NCBI RefSeq assembly: GCF_036971445.1
Contig: NC_091471.1
Span: forward strand, 34,410,001 to 34,474,000
Direction of reading: 5' to 3'
From: Narcine bancroftii
Lineage: Eukaryota
DNA: 64,000 nt
Both the position numbers and the translations under genes were made by a program. The notes under the pieces are model-generated. The model searched no databases. It was not told where the DNA came from and saw nothing but the letters and a program-made list of their open reading frames with translations. This document shows, piece by piece, positions 47,656 through 58,454 of this stretch; positions within the stretch are counted from its first letter, which is position 1, and each line of letters opens with the position of its first letter.

Positions 47656-48786
47656 CCCATGTTGAAAGTACACATGATCCAGCACAGAATTGACGGTGGG
47701 GGGGGGGGGGCCTTTCTCAGCAGGGCAATACCACTCAAGAGGCATCACATCAAAGCTGGAGGTGTACCCTGGAGGTGCTGTGCTGCTAGATTTCACTCCC
47801 TAAACTCCTCTGCCCAGTACACATCAGTGGCACCAGAAGAATTCTCCTCGGTTGATATTCATCCCTTAATTCTAAACAGTCGTTACGTAACATCTGCCTA
47901 CGGTTACATTGCAGCTTTCACAACCGAAATGGGACGTCCCAAAAAGCGATGCCAAAGGTGCTATGTCCATGCATACCAGTCTTTCTTCTTCTGTGATGGA
48001 CACCACTAGGAATGGGGGGGGGGGGGGGGGGGGTGGGGTGATAGGCATCAAATCCTGTGTCACCAGCTGTTACTCTATAAACTCTTCGAAGTGGCCAGGT
48101 TAACAGACAGGCAAACGCTGGCATCAAACATAGACGGCTCTGCCTTCCATGCTCGCAGTTAATTTGTTTGCAGTTTTTTGTTGCAATTTAAGATGGCTGC
48201 AATCTCATTTGTTTTGCTGGTCAATCGAAAATTTCTAAATTATCATTTTATTGCAGTGATTGTAATCTGGTGCAAGGCTTAAACTGGCGGAAGACCGGGC
48301 TCAGCTTTGCAAATCGCCCAGGACCGAAACACACACACATAGAAAAGCCCCCAAAATGTTCAAACGTGAGATAAGCTGGAACCGGGTTTCAGCGAGACTT
48401 AAACCTGCAGACTCTTGTTAAAATAAGTCAAGTGATGTTAAACCGACTCGTTCCCTGCTGGACCTGAATTCAACCGCTCAGCCCCCCCTCCCCGCCCCAG
48501 TCCGCTTCGTGACAGCGAAGCAGGGACTTGGGTCCCGCGGCTGCCCGACACGGTAACTGGTGGCCGCACCTCCCGCGTGTGATCGCGCACATGGAGCGCC
48601 GCGGGAGCCTTGAACCCCCCACCCCCCGGCGTTTTTAAACCGCAGCTGGGCACAACCCCTGGACCGGTTCAAGGTCCAGCAGTGATCGCCGCGCCAACTT
48701 TGTGGGCAAAGTTTGTGGCGACGGGAAATATTTGGTCCTGTTCCCCTCATTGGAAAAAGTGCAACAAAGTTGGGGCGAGGCTTTGA

Positions 48787-49357
48787 ACGAGGAGGGGAAG
48801 CTGCGGGGATGGAGACGAGGAGAGGATGGAGACGAGGAGAGGATGGAGACGAGGAGGGGAAGCTGCGGGGATGAAGACGAGGATGGACGAGGAGGAGAAG
48901 CTGCGGGGATGGAGACGAGGAGGGGAAGCTGCGGGGACGGAGACGAGGATGGACGAGGAGGAGAAGCTGCGGGGACGGAGACGAGGAGGGGAGGCTGCGG
49001 GGACGGAGACGAGGAGGGGAGGCTGCGGGGACGGAGACGAGGAGGGGAGGCTGCGGGGACGGAGACGAGGAGGGGAGGCTGCGGGGACGGAGACGAGGAG
49101 GGGAGGCTGCGGGGACGGAGACGAGGAGGGGAGGCTGCGGGGACGGAGACGAGGAGGGGAGGCTGCGGGGACGGAGACGAGGAGGGGAGGCTGCGGGGAC
49201 GGAGACGAGGAGGGGAGGCTGCGGGGACGGAGACGAGGAGGGGAGGCTGCGGGGACGGAGACGAGGAGGGGAGGCTGCGGGGACGGAGACGAGGAGGGGA
49301 GGCTGCGGGGATGGAGACGAGGAGGGGAGGCTGCGGGGATGGAGACGAGGAGGGGAA
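48787..49357 (+). repeat. 28-bp purine- and CpG-rich minisatellite (GGGGACGGAGACGAGGAGGGGAGGCTGC)
   Basis: Homogeneous core at about 48970-49310, with variant units on the left. Confidence 0.96.
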
Positions 49358-49559
49358 GGCAGCGAAGCTTTCATTTGGAGAAGACAGCGTCACGGATCGA
49401 TCAGTTCTAAAACTTCGAGCAGCACCGGCCGCGTTCAAACAAAATTGGGAGGAGCTCCCGTGCTGGAGTTGGTGGTTTGAAACGCCTTTGCCCTCCCCTC
49501 CAAACCTGCTCACTCCTCTCTGCGCGTCACCGCAGAGGCTGAAATCTGATCTCCTTTAA

Positions 49560-50151
49560 TTTTCTCCCTCTCTCTCTCGCTCTGCCACTGGCCGTTCAAG
49601 TCGACGAGCCCAGCTTTCGCGCACACACACAGAGACACCGCTCAGCGAGCAAACGACCGACGCAGCGCTTCTGGAAACCAGGGTTTCAACCCGGCGTGGA
49701 AAGAACTCCGCGGCTGAGCTCACAATCCAGGGAACTCTCTTTGAACTGGGCGTCCCGGGAGGAAGATTTCTGTTCCAACAACCCACTGCTCCGAGAGGGG
49801 ACAACAGAAGAGTTTACATGAAACAAAAACAACAGAAAAAGAAAAGGTCCACAAACTGCTTAGCTCATCCCAGAAGCTCCTAAACTGAATCCAAGAGATT
49901 GCCATTCCTGCAGGCGTTGACAAGCAACCCCGACTTACTTTTCATTTCTGGGTTTCACGCTGGATTTACAAATGACTTGAATACTTTGAGCAAGCCTTTA
50001 TTTTTTTCGTCTTCATCATCGCTTTAAGCCGCTGGAGAAAACCCTTGAAACTCTGCCGCGTGGACCTGAGGCATTCCTGAGTGAGTCGAAATTCGCACTT
50101 CTACTTGGAAACATCCAAGGGGTTTCTCTCTCTCTCTTTGCGCGTCTCCCG
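49560..50151 (+). other. Putative non-coding first exon (5' UTR); start approximate
   Basis: Lies in the CpG island, has no credible ORF and ends at the donor-like CCG|GTCAGT (50151/50152). Confidence 0.4.
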
Positions 50152-52189
50152 GTCAGTAAGAGGTTCTCGCTTTCTCCGTTTCTGTCTGCTTTGGTGGTTT
50201 TTTTTTTATTATTAAAGCAGGGTCGACCCGTTTGCCTTGCATTTTGCCTCGGAGGGGCTCTGAAGTCTGGCTGGAAGTGGGAGCTACTAGCGAGGCAATC
50301 ACGGAGGTACAAGCTTGAGTTGGAGGAGGTCGGGAGGCTGTGAAGTCGCTGCACGTTTCCTGAATCCAGCAGGAAAGAGGGAAGTTTGGCAAAAAGGTCC
50401 CTTTGCCTGAATAGCGAGCAGAGGGTTTCTGTCTGACCGTGTGTGTGTGTGTGTGCATATGTATAATATTCATGGGCGTGCACACACTTATAAATCATGT
50501 CCTGTTGGGGCGAATTCTGAAAACCCAGCTGAGTCGAGCTGGTTGCAAACCCACAACAGGCAGAGAGAGTGAGAGATTACCCGCTGCATTAAGGATCCTG
50601 CAATATAAAGTTACCATTGGCGGTCAGATCTTAAAGTGTGCATCATTTTTCATTTGATCCAAGCCCGTACAAGTAATCGGAGAGCTGATGTTTTTTTTTA
50701 GGCTGGACAGCAGCGTGGACAGTTTTCGGCGCTGCGTTCGGTGATTTATTTTCCTGGCAGTACCCTACACCTCTCCCGTATAAACCAACAGCATACCTTG
50801 CAGAGTGTGGCTGGTGCACCTCTGCAAGCGGGACTGGGCAATGATTAACTCGAGTGGGTGAGCGGCGGGCAGGATCCATACTCTCACGATGGGGCGGCTG
50901 CAAGGTCCCCCCATTGATTTGTTTGCTGAATGTTACGGGGTCAGAACTGGGAACAGTAAACCGAGTGAGGCTTTCCACATTTTTTGTTGTTGTTTCAAGT
51001 TTCAAATTAAAGCGGTGACTTCTAAAATCCCTGTCATGTGAGTGAGATGCGGCTGTCCTGTCGGATTAGGGAGTAAATGAGAATATTGCTTTGCTCCCAG
51101 GTTGTGCTCCCCTGCATTGCTGAATGCAACGGCTAAATGCAATTTTGGAGTCTTCCCCTCACCCCATGGGCAACTTGTAAGCGAAAGGACGGAAATATTC
51201 CGGGAATTCGGTTAATTGTCATATCCCCAGTAGATGCCCCAAACACTTGACAGAATGTTATCCTCTTTGAACGCGTTTGTGTCTGTGCGATGAAGTTAAA
51301 AGTTTCGCCCTGGATTTGAGAACTTTGGAAATTCATTTGCGAAAGCTTAATGTTTTTTTTCAGAAATCAAACATGCATTTCCAAATTTCTTGACATATGA
51401 AGGGCATTATGTCATTAAAATATCTTGCAGCTCTCTTCCCCTTCGCCCTCATCGCGAACTGCCCCAGCGTGGATACATTTAGGATCGTTTCGGTCAAGCC
51501 CTTCTAGTTACTGGATGTATATATTATCAGCCCTGCGCTGGGCAGAGGGGGACACTGCCAGGGAATCCCGCTGCGCTGCATGTCGAGTCCGTGCGTGTCT
51601 GGAGGAATCCGTGGTCCCCCTTCCTAAAAATCACCGCCAGCTTGTTACTGGCGAACCCCCATCGGGATCCCCGTCGGAACAGGCTGGGGAGCCCTTGTTC
51701 CTTCTAATGCTACTGACCTTGGCGATGCCCCGTGGACAGCAACTGTCCTGTGTACGAGAACTAAATATGGGTCCCGTCAACACGTTCATTGGTGTAAAGG
51801 GAATGCAGATGTTGCAACCAAGAGGGTCGCAAGCCACTTGGTCGATCTTCAGTACCTCTCAAGAGAAAAATCATGCACTTAGTCATGGGAGGCCGATATA
51901 GTTTGTGATGTGCACTGCTTTCTGAATTGAACTTTCAAAACTGGTAGAGGAAGAAATATTTTAAAAATGGAAAATAGACATACCTGTGAAAAAATTCAGT
52001 GCAAAATACTGTATTTATTAAAAGAAGTTTGCATTTTCACTGGGAGTGAAAGACTTTGGGACCCTCTTTTGGAATAATCTGTTACATATGGGCTTAAAGA
52101 AGAAAGTCTAGTCGCTGTGATTGTAGTTTAATACACAAAAGTGCTGGAGAAACTCAACAGGTCACGCAGCATTCACATGTTTTATATAA

Positions 52190-52600
52190 ATTAAAGATTA
52201 TCGCCATGGGCAAAAGTACTATGGACAGATGTACAAAGATTCACACTTGTTGCCACGCAGGTACACAAGATACAGCAACTGCAATAGTATAAATGACATT
52301 ACCACAATAAGCCAAGACAGAAAAAAGTTAATAAGCAGAAAAAGTAGACAAATAAATATTCACAGCTGCAGTTGGTGTAAAACTGAAGTGAGGTTTCATC
52401 AGTGCAAATGGTTCTTTAGATGGTCCCGGAGTAGTGTTATGGTAAGGGTAATTCAGGGAGTTCAAGAGGCTGATTGCTGTTGGAAAAAGACTGGTCTGGA
52501 ACCCAGAGGTGGCAGTCTTCATTCACTCTGAAGGCAGCAGCGAGAAGAGGCTGTGACCAGGATTATGGAGATCCTTCATGATGTTGGCTGCCTTCTCGCA
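52190..52600 (-). mobile_element. Rex1/Babar LINE 3' fragment
   Basis: Minus strand KAANIMKDLHNPGHSLFSLLPS..TSGFQTSLFPTAISLLN. Confidence 0.85.
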
Positions 52601-53369
52601 TAGATTTGCAGCAGTTTACATTTTTAAGTTTCAGGAGAGCCATGTCTTTCAAGTTGGAAAATATATATTAAGAAACTTGTGAAAAGGGAGCTCAGTGTTG
52701 GAGGAGACTGAAGACCTATTTAATATGCTCTGCATATTTCAACTCCCTAGTGTCGTATTCAGCTTTCTGATTACACAGAATGCCATTCTTCCTGACCTAC
52801 AGTGCACTCCTGTGAGGCACTTTCTACAATATTGTACACATTTGCGAGCAGTGTTGAGAAGTGAGGGTTGTGTACTGTAAGTGAAAAAAAAGGCATATGT
52901 GTCGAACTAAATTCTGCTGTAGTCACAAAAATACGACTGTTTGTGGTACCTGAGATTAATGACACAGGCTGCTTTGAGTTGAGCTGGTAAATGAATAATT
53001 AACCAGTTAACAGCTCACAATGTTTGGAAAACAGCTAAAGAATCACAGGATTGTAGAGTGACGCACCTCAGAAAGAAAACAGTTGGCAACTGTACTGTTG
53101 GCTAAAGGCAACTTTCCAGGGGATGAATAACAAGCAAATGAGTTTTCGTTTTAAAACATGACTATATACGTACTGTAAAAAGTGAAGGATAATTTGGCCC
53201 TTTCTAATAAGCTCCACATTACTGATTTGTTTGTTATTTTGCAAATGCTTTTTCAGTTGAAACAGGAGAGGACTTAGTGGATAGCATTTGGAAAAAATGT
53301 CATCTACCAACACCCTTTATTTATTATAGGCTTTTCAAACAAAAGTACAAACAGTCACCATTGGTGTTG

Positions 53370-54020
53370 CCTGACGGTACAAGAGAAAGTGAAGCAAAAG
53401 AGAGTCTCTACAGAGTCACCAAGTGCCCATGGATTCGCCTCCAGCCCTCCTGCAACCTCTGCAGTTGCACGGACTTCTGTTGATTCATCGGCAACCTGAG
53501 CTCCAAATCTCTGATATGATCAGGAAGCTTTCAGCATCCGAGGTCCTGTGGGAGCTCTTCTTGCCCTCAGCACCCTCTTGAATCCCGGTTTCCGGTACCT
53601 AGTTCCCCTAAGCCCTTCTCCAAGCAGCCTATGCGTGCCTTTCGACGATGTCACCCACAGCCTGTGTGACTCCCTCAACCACTGAGCCCCTCGCTGGCCC
53701 CTTGCCATGGTCACCTCCTCTGCTTCTCCTTCTCAACTGGGGGATGTTTCGTCCATTTCAGGTGCGCTGTGCCAGCCCGTGGCTTCCCCGGATGGAGTCT
53801 GCAAATCCTCGTGGCCGCTGGTGAGCACAGGTGCCGCCATCTTGGGCACAAACCCCGCCGCTGCGGGTCTTGAAATAAAAACACCGTTTGCTCCTTTAAC
53901 AGGCTGTTAAATCGGACTGGGTGGTTAAATTCTTCGGAGCTGCAACGTGCCCCATTTTCCCAGGTCCACAACAGCGGCAGCGCTGCCGTGGCAGCAGGCT
54001 TCGGCAGCACCACCATTTTT
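53370..54020 (-). mobile_element. Non-coding GC-rich retroelement, same family as 55220-56001
   Basis: Shared blocks GAAGCAAAAGAGAG, GATTCGCCTCCAGC, GTGCCGCCATCTTGGGCACA and ACAGCGGCAGCGC. Confidence 0.7.
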
Positions 54021-54379
54021 CATCAATTTAACAAGTACACCACAAAGAAAAATGTCCCAAAGAAATTTTTGTATGTGAGGATGGCCTGACGATTTCAGAT
54101 ATTACCACGAGTTCCAAATATCCTCTGATGAAGGGTTTATTACACGGTTCAAAGTTTTAGTAACATTTAGTCATATCTTTTCTTCATTTGCAGCTTCCTT
54201 GATTTGGTCGATAGTGCTACTGACAGTCTCAGCCCATAATGGGAATGAGCAGCTGCATATATTTTAGTTCTCCCCTGCTTTATCGGACAGAACATATATC
54301 AGGCAGTTTTCCTTTTGCAACAGAGAAATTATCCCTTTTTGTCTAATTGTGTGTGTAAATGGAGGAAGACATCTGAGCC

Positions 54380-54710
54380 ATATGTGCTCACTAAAAAAAG
54401 ATAGCGGTTGTGCTCGCTTCTATACCTTCCTCTGGGATTTCGTTCCGCACACTGACAGCCCTCTGAGTGAAAATGTGGCTCTCAGGCCTCGCTTAAATCT
54501 CTCCCCTCCCACCTTAAACCTGTGGCCTCTAGTTCCAGAATTGTCTATTCTGGGGCAAACGAACTGTTAAGCGTTCAATTTATCCATGCCCCTCGTGATT
54601 TTATATACCTCTGTAAGGCCACTCCTCAGCCTTTTGTGCTCCAGGGAATAAAGATCCATGCTAAACAGCCTCTCCCTATAACTTAAGCGCGTTCTGGTAA
54701 TGTGTTGGTG
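54380..54710 (-). mobile_element. CR1 3' fragment
   Basis: TTAAATCTCTCCCCTCCCACCTTAAACCTGTGGCCTCTAGTT is the reverse complement of the CR1 'TRGH.FK' region. Confidence 0.8.
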
Positions 54711-55219
54711 ACGGAAAATGAATAAAGATAATGTTGGTAAAAGATCTGAGAACTACCCGCAATGAACTGAAGGCTGTCTTTACATTTTGTTGTGGTTCTG
54801 CAGCAACTTGTTTCTCCTTGAATCATATAGACAGGTAATGATACTTTCAGGAACACCATTGAGCCTGAGGGACTATGCGGCCTTTGCTCAGAGTTCCTCT
54901 CTCATCGTACTGAGTAAGCGCAGCGCTGAACACATTCCAGACCCGAACAGATCTTAGAAGACTAAGCCCAAGTCCCCAAGTTTCACTGAGTCATCTGCTA
55001 TTGGATGAGGTGTCGGTGGGCGTTTTATAGCTCGGTGGATGGAGAGATGGCTTTCTGTCCTGATGCCTTGGCGGGGATCTGGGCCAGGATGCAGAGAAAG
55101 GAACAGGGTGGAGGGGGGAAGAACTAGGGAAGCTTGTGTGTTTAGAAATTCGTTGCATGCAGGTTGGGCTCAGCAGGGGTGCCTATACTGCATAGACATC
55201 AGAACTTTGCTGACCTGTC

Positions 55220-56001
55220 AATCAAGATTCAATTTATTATCATAGTAATAAAACAGTGTCGATTACATGAAATTTCCTTTTGCCTGCTGCAAGGCAGACA
55301 GATTCACCACTGACAGGAATTGCCTAAGCGCCTCTTACAGTCAGAGAGAGAGAAGCAAAAGAGAGACCCCCCAGAGTCACGGGGTGTCCGTAGATTCGCC
55401 TCCAGCACTTCCACAGCAACACAGAGTCCAGTCAAAACCATTGGCAACTGAGCTACAGATCCAAACCTTCGATACAGTCAGGGACCCGTCAGCGGCCTTG
55501 GCACCTCCTCGCATCCCGGTTCCAATACCTGGTACCCCTCCAGCCAGTTTGAACCAGTTTCCAGCAGTCCACTGCCTGGCGCGAATCTCCTGACAGCACT
55601 CTCCAGCAGCCCACACACAGCATGCACTGGTCCCTCAGCCGCAGAACTTCCTCACTGGTCCACTGCCTCGGTGATCGTCCCCGCGGGTCGTCTCCTCCGC
55701 TTCTCCCTCTCAGACAGTGCATGATCCTCCCATCCTCTGGTGCCCTGCTTCAGTGGTTTTATTTGAAATCCCGCGATCGCGGGTCTGCAGTCCCTCGTGG
55801 CTGCTGTCAATTAATACGTGCCGCCATCTTGGGCACAGACCCGCGATCGTGGGATTTCAAATAAAACCACTGTCATCTCCCTCAACGGGCTGTTCAAAGC
55901 GTGTGCGGAGCCAAGAGCAATCGTTTGGGCAGCTGGACGCCGTGGGAGCGCTACATCTCTGCTCCCCACGGGTCCGCAACAGCGGCAGCGCAGTCATCTT
56001 C
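55220..56001 (-). mobile_element. Non-coding GC-rich retroelement with Rex1-like tail
   Basis: Minus strand begins AAGATGACTGCGCTGCCGC and ends AATAAATTGAATCTTG. No ORF. Confidence 0.7.
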
Positions 56002-56217
56002 TTTAGCAAAGGCATGGAGGGAAGAAAACGATTTAATCCAGGTAGGTGAAACTGATTTGACAGATTCAATATGAAATGGGGAAAAAGAAACAGGTAAAAC
56101 TAAGACCGTGTATGCTTAAGAGGTATCCCAGAATACCTTATAACCGGTGAAGGATTTTTGCAGTTATGCTACATTGGCTTAGCTACACATTTATATCGAC
56201 TGGATCAAAGGATCATT

Positions 56218-56693
56218 CAGTGGTTCTCTATCTTTTTCTTTCCACTCACATGCCACTTTAAGTAATCCCTATGCCATCAGTGCTCTGTGATTAGTAAGGG
56301 ATTGCTTAAGGTGGTGTGCGAGTGGGAAGGGAAAGGTGAGAATTACTGCTCTAGACCCAATTGTTACTGAAATATTTTGCTTGAGAAAAATTGTCATTGG
56401 CCCATTTCCTTTGGAGATTTGAAACCGTGCACATAACGAGTCAATTAGGAATGGTTAAAACAGTGTTTTTCAAACTTTCCTTTCCACCCACCTTAAGCAA
56501 TCTCTTACTAATTACAGAGCATCTATGGCATAGGGAACACTTAAAGTGGGTGAAAAGAAAAAGGTTGAGGATCACTGATTTAAATCATACTGTGGTTCTC
56601 AACTGTTTTTTTTTATGTTATAGGTGCTGTGTGGTTAATAAGGGATTAGGTAAGGTGGTATGTGAGTGGGAAAAAAAAGGTTGAGAACCATTA
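56218..56693. mobile_element. hAT (Charlie-type) MITE cluster with three CAGTGGTTCTC-type units
   Basis: TIR-like CAGTGGTTCTC / GAGAATTACTG, CAGTGTTTTTCAAAC / GTTGAGGATCACTG and CTGTGGTTCTCAAC / GTTGAGAACCATT. CTCTAGAC and GTCTAAAC target-like octamers. Confidence 0.8.
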
Positions 56694-56775
56694 GTCTAAA
56701 CCCTAAGGTTGGACATTGCCCTTACCTGAGAGGACATTATCCTTATCTAAGTGCCTGCCTGCTTCTTTGCTTATA

Positions 56776-56987
56776 CAGCAAAACCCCTGTTATCCGGAAT
56801 TCGAACAACCAACACGCCTCACGCAACCGGCAAAAAGTATTACGGAAAATAAATAGGTAAAAATTAAGGAAATTTAACATTGACGTGCCTCACCATTAGT
56901 TCACCATTCAAGCAACACGTAACCAGAAAATTTACTTATCCAGCATCTACCAATTCCCATAGATTCCGGACACCAGGGGTTTTATTG
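56776..56987. mobile_element. Tc1/mariner (Tigger/pogo-type) MITE
   Basis: CAGCAAAACCCCTGTTATCCGG and CCGGACACCAGGGGTTTTATTG with TA flanks. Homologous to 38615-38809. Confidence 0.88.
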
Positions 56988-56989
56988 TA

Positions 56990-57090
56990 CTTCGGAGAAG
57001 GGCTCAGGCCTGAAATGTCAGTAATGTATCTTTACCTCCTTTGAACACTGAGAGACCAGCTGAGTACTTCCAGCATTTCTGTGTTTTTAT
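56990..57090 (+). mobile_element. Penelope terminal-repeat half element
   Basis: GAAGGGCTCAGGCCTGAAATGTCAG...CAGCTGAGTACTTCCAGCATTTCTGTG. Confidence 0.7.
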
Positions 57091-58454
57091 TACTCTTATC
57101 TGAGAATGGTAATGATCAATCAGATTTGGTGGTTCACGTTTTGACCACATTTCTTCAATCGTTTAATTAAATCTAACAATATCTAACCATGCATGACGAG
57201 TGATTTATTGGGAGTTCTCATGAACTGACATTAAGTTATGAAAGTGTTTCTTAGTGACTCACAATAGTATCTGAAGCCTGTGGCTGACCTGGGATCCGTG
57301 ACTGGCTTGTACTCATCTATCTGTGATAACAGCATCACAACTTAATGTTTCCAGGCCAGTGAAGGAGAACCATTAACAACAGACACATGCATTTAAATAG
57401 CACCTTTAACTCTGAAGGACATCTGCAGCCTCCTTTCCCCCCGGTCCTGATGGTTATCTAGCGGCCCCTGCTGGAAGGTGTTTGGGGACACTTGTAATCA
57501 AGTAACGCCGCGCATTGGCAGCAAGTTGTTTCATCTCCATTGGTCTGTATTGGTTACTTTCTACTTCTGAGCAAACTTGATTAATCCTTCTCCTTCGATG
57601 TGCTTCACTATTTCTCCTTTTCAAGCAATGATATGATGTTGACGAGCATCAGATAAGGTTGCAGCTGACATCAAAGAGTTCCTCTCTAGGCTGCCAGCAT
57701 TCACTGTCTGGATTGTGGAGTGCTTCTGCTGGACACCAAAGGCCAGTGCCAGAGGAATCCCTCCCTCCTATAATGAAGAGGCAAATCCTACAACAGAGGA
57801 TGAGGGAAAATTCAGAAGGAAATACTGCAAAGGAATCTTTTCTTCAGGCCATTTGTGCCTGCTTCTTGGTTAGAAACTCAAGCCGAATCTGAATCACAAG
57901 TTTATGACATTTTTATTGCAAAACAAATACAGGGTTGCATCTCTGCTCTGTGTAAGGATATGTGATACATCAGAATATGATTTACATTTTGGTTCTGGTT
58001 TTAAAAGATTTTTTTTCTCCCTCCAAGCTTTCTTTTAATCTATTGGCTTGCTACCAATTATGGAGAAATATTGTGTGGGTCTGAATCATTAAAATCTTTC
58101 ATCTTTTGATTGTTTACTTAACGTTGAATCCATCAAGCCTCTTATAACTGGATTTATTCAGGGAACCTGACGCCCACAGAATACTTCCCTTTCCCCAACT
58201 CATCCTTTACCACTAAAGAAGACATCGCTCTGCCCTTCAGAGTGGTGTCACTTTGTGATAACGCTCCACACTTTTGGATAGAGAGGTAACGTTATCATTC
58301 AAACACAGAGCCCTGAGTTCTCCTCGGGGGAGGGGGGGTGGTCTTTGTCACTTAACATTATTTCAACAAAGACAAATTAACTGAACTGTCATCTCATGGT
58401 ATTCCATAGAATTCGTGATACCAAAGATAGCTATCATTAAAACAGTGAAATGGA

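Larger units (their letters stand above)
48400..51000 (+). promoter_or_regulatory. CpG island, probable promoter of an unidentified gene
   Basis: Sharp rise in CpG and GC relative to the flanks, GC box CCCCGCCCC at about 48490, and no TE remnants. Confidence 0.7.

Noticed and set aside
48478-49559. Four overlapping 194-298 aa Pro/Ser- or Gly/Arg/Glu-rich ORFs
   Set aside because: Artefacts of the stop-free 28-bp minisatellite, open on both strands.
51425-51901. 158-aa ORF after an acceptor-like TCTTGCAG in the CpG-island shore
   Set aside because: Non-ATG start, no recognisable domain, a weak polypyrimidine tract and no clear donor. I cannot support it as coding without RNA data.
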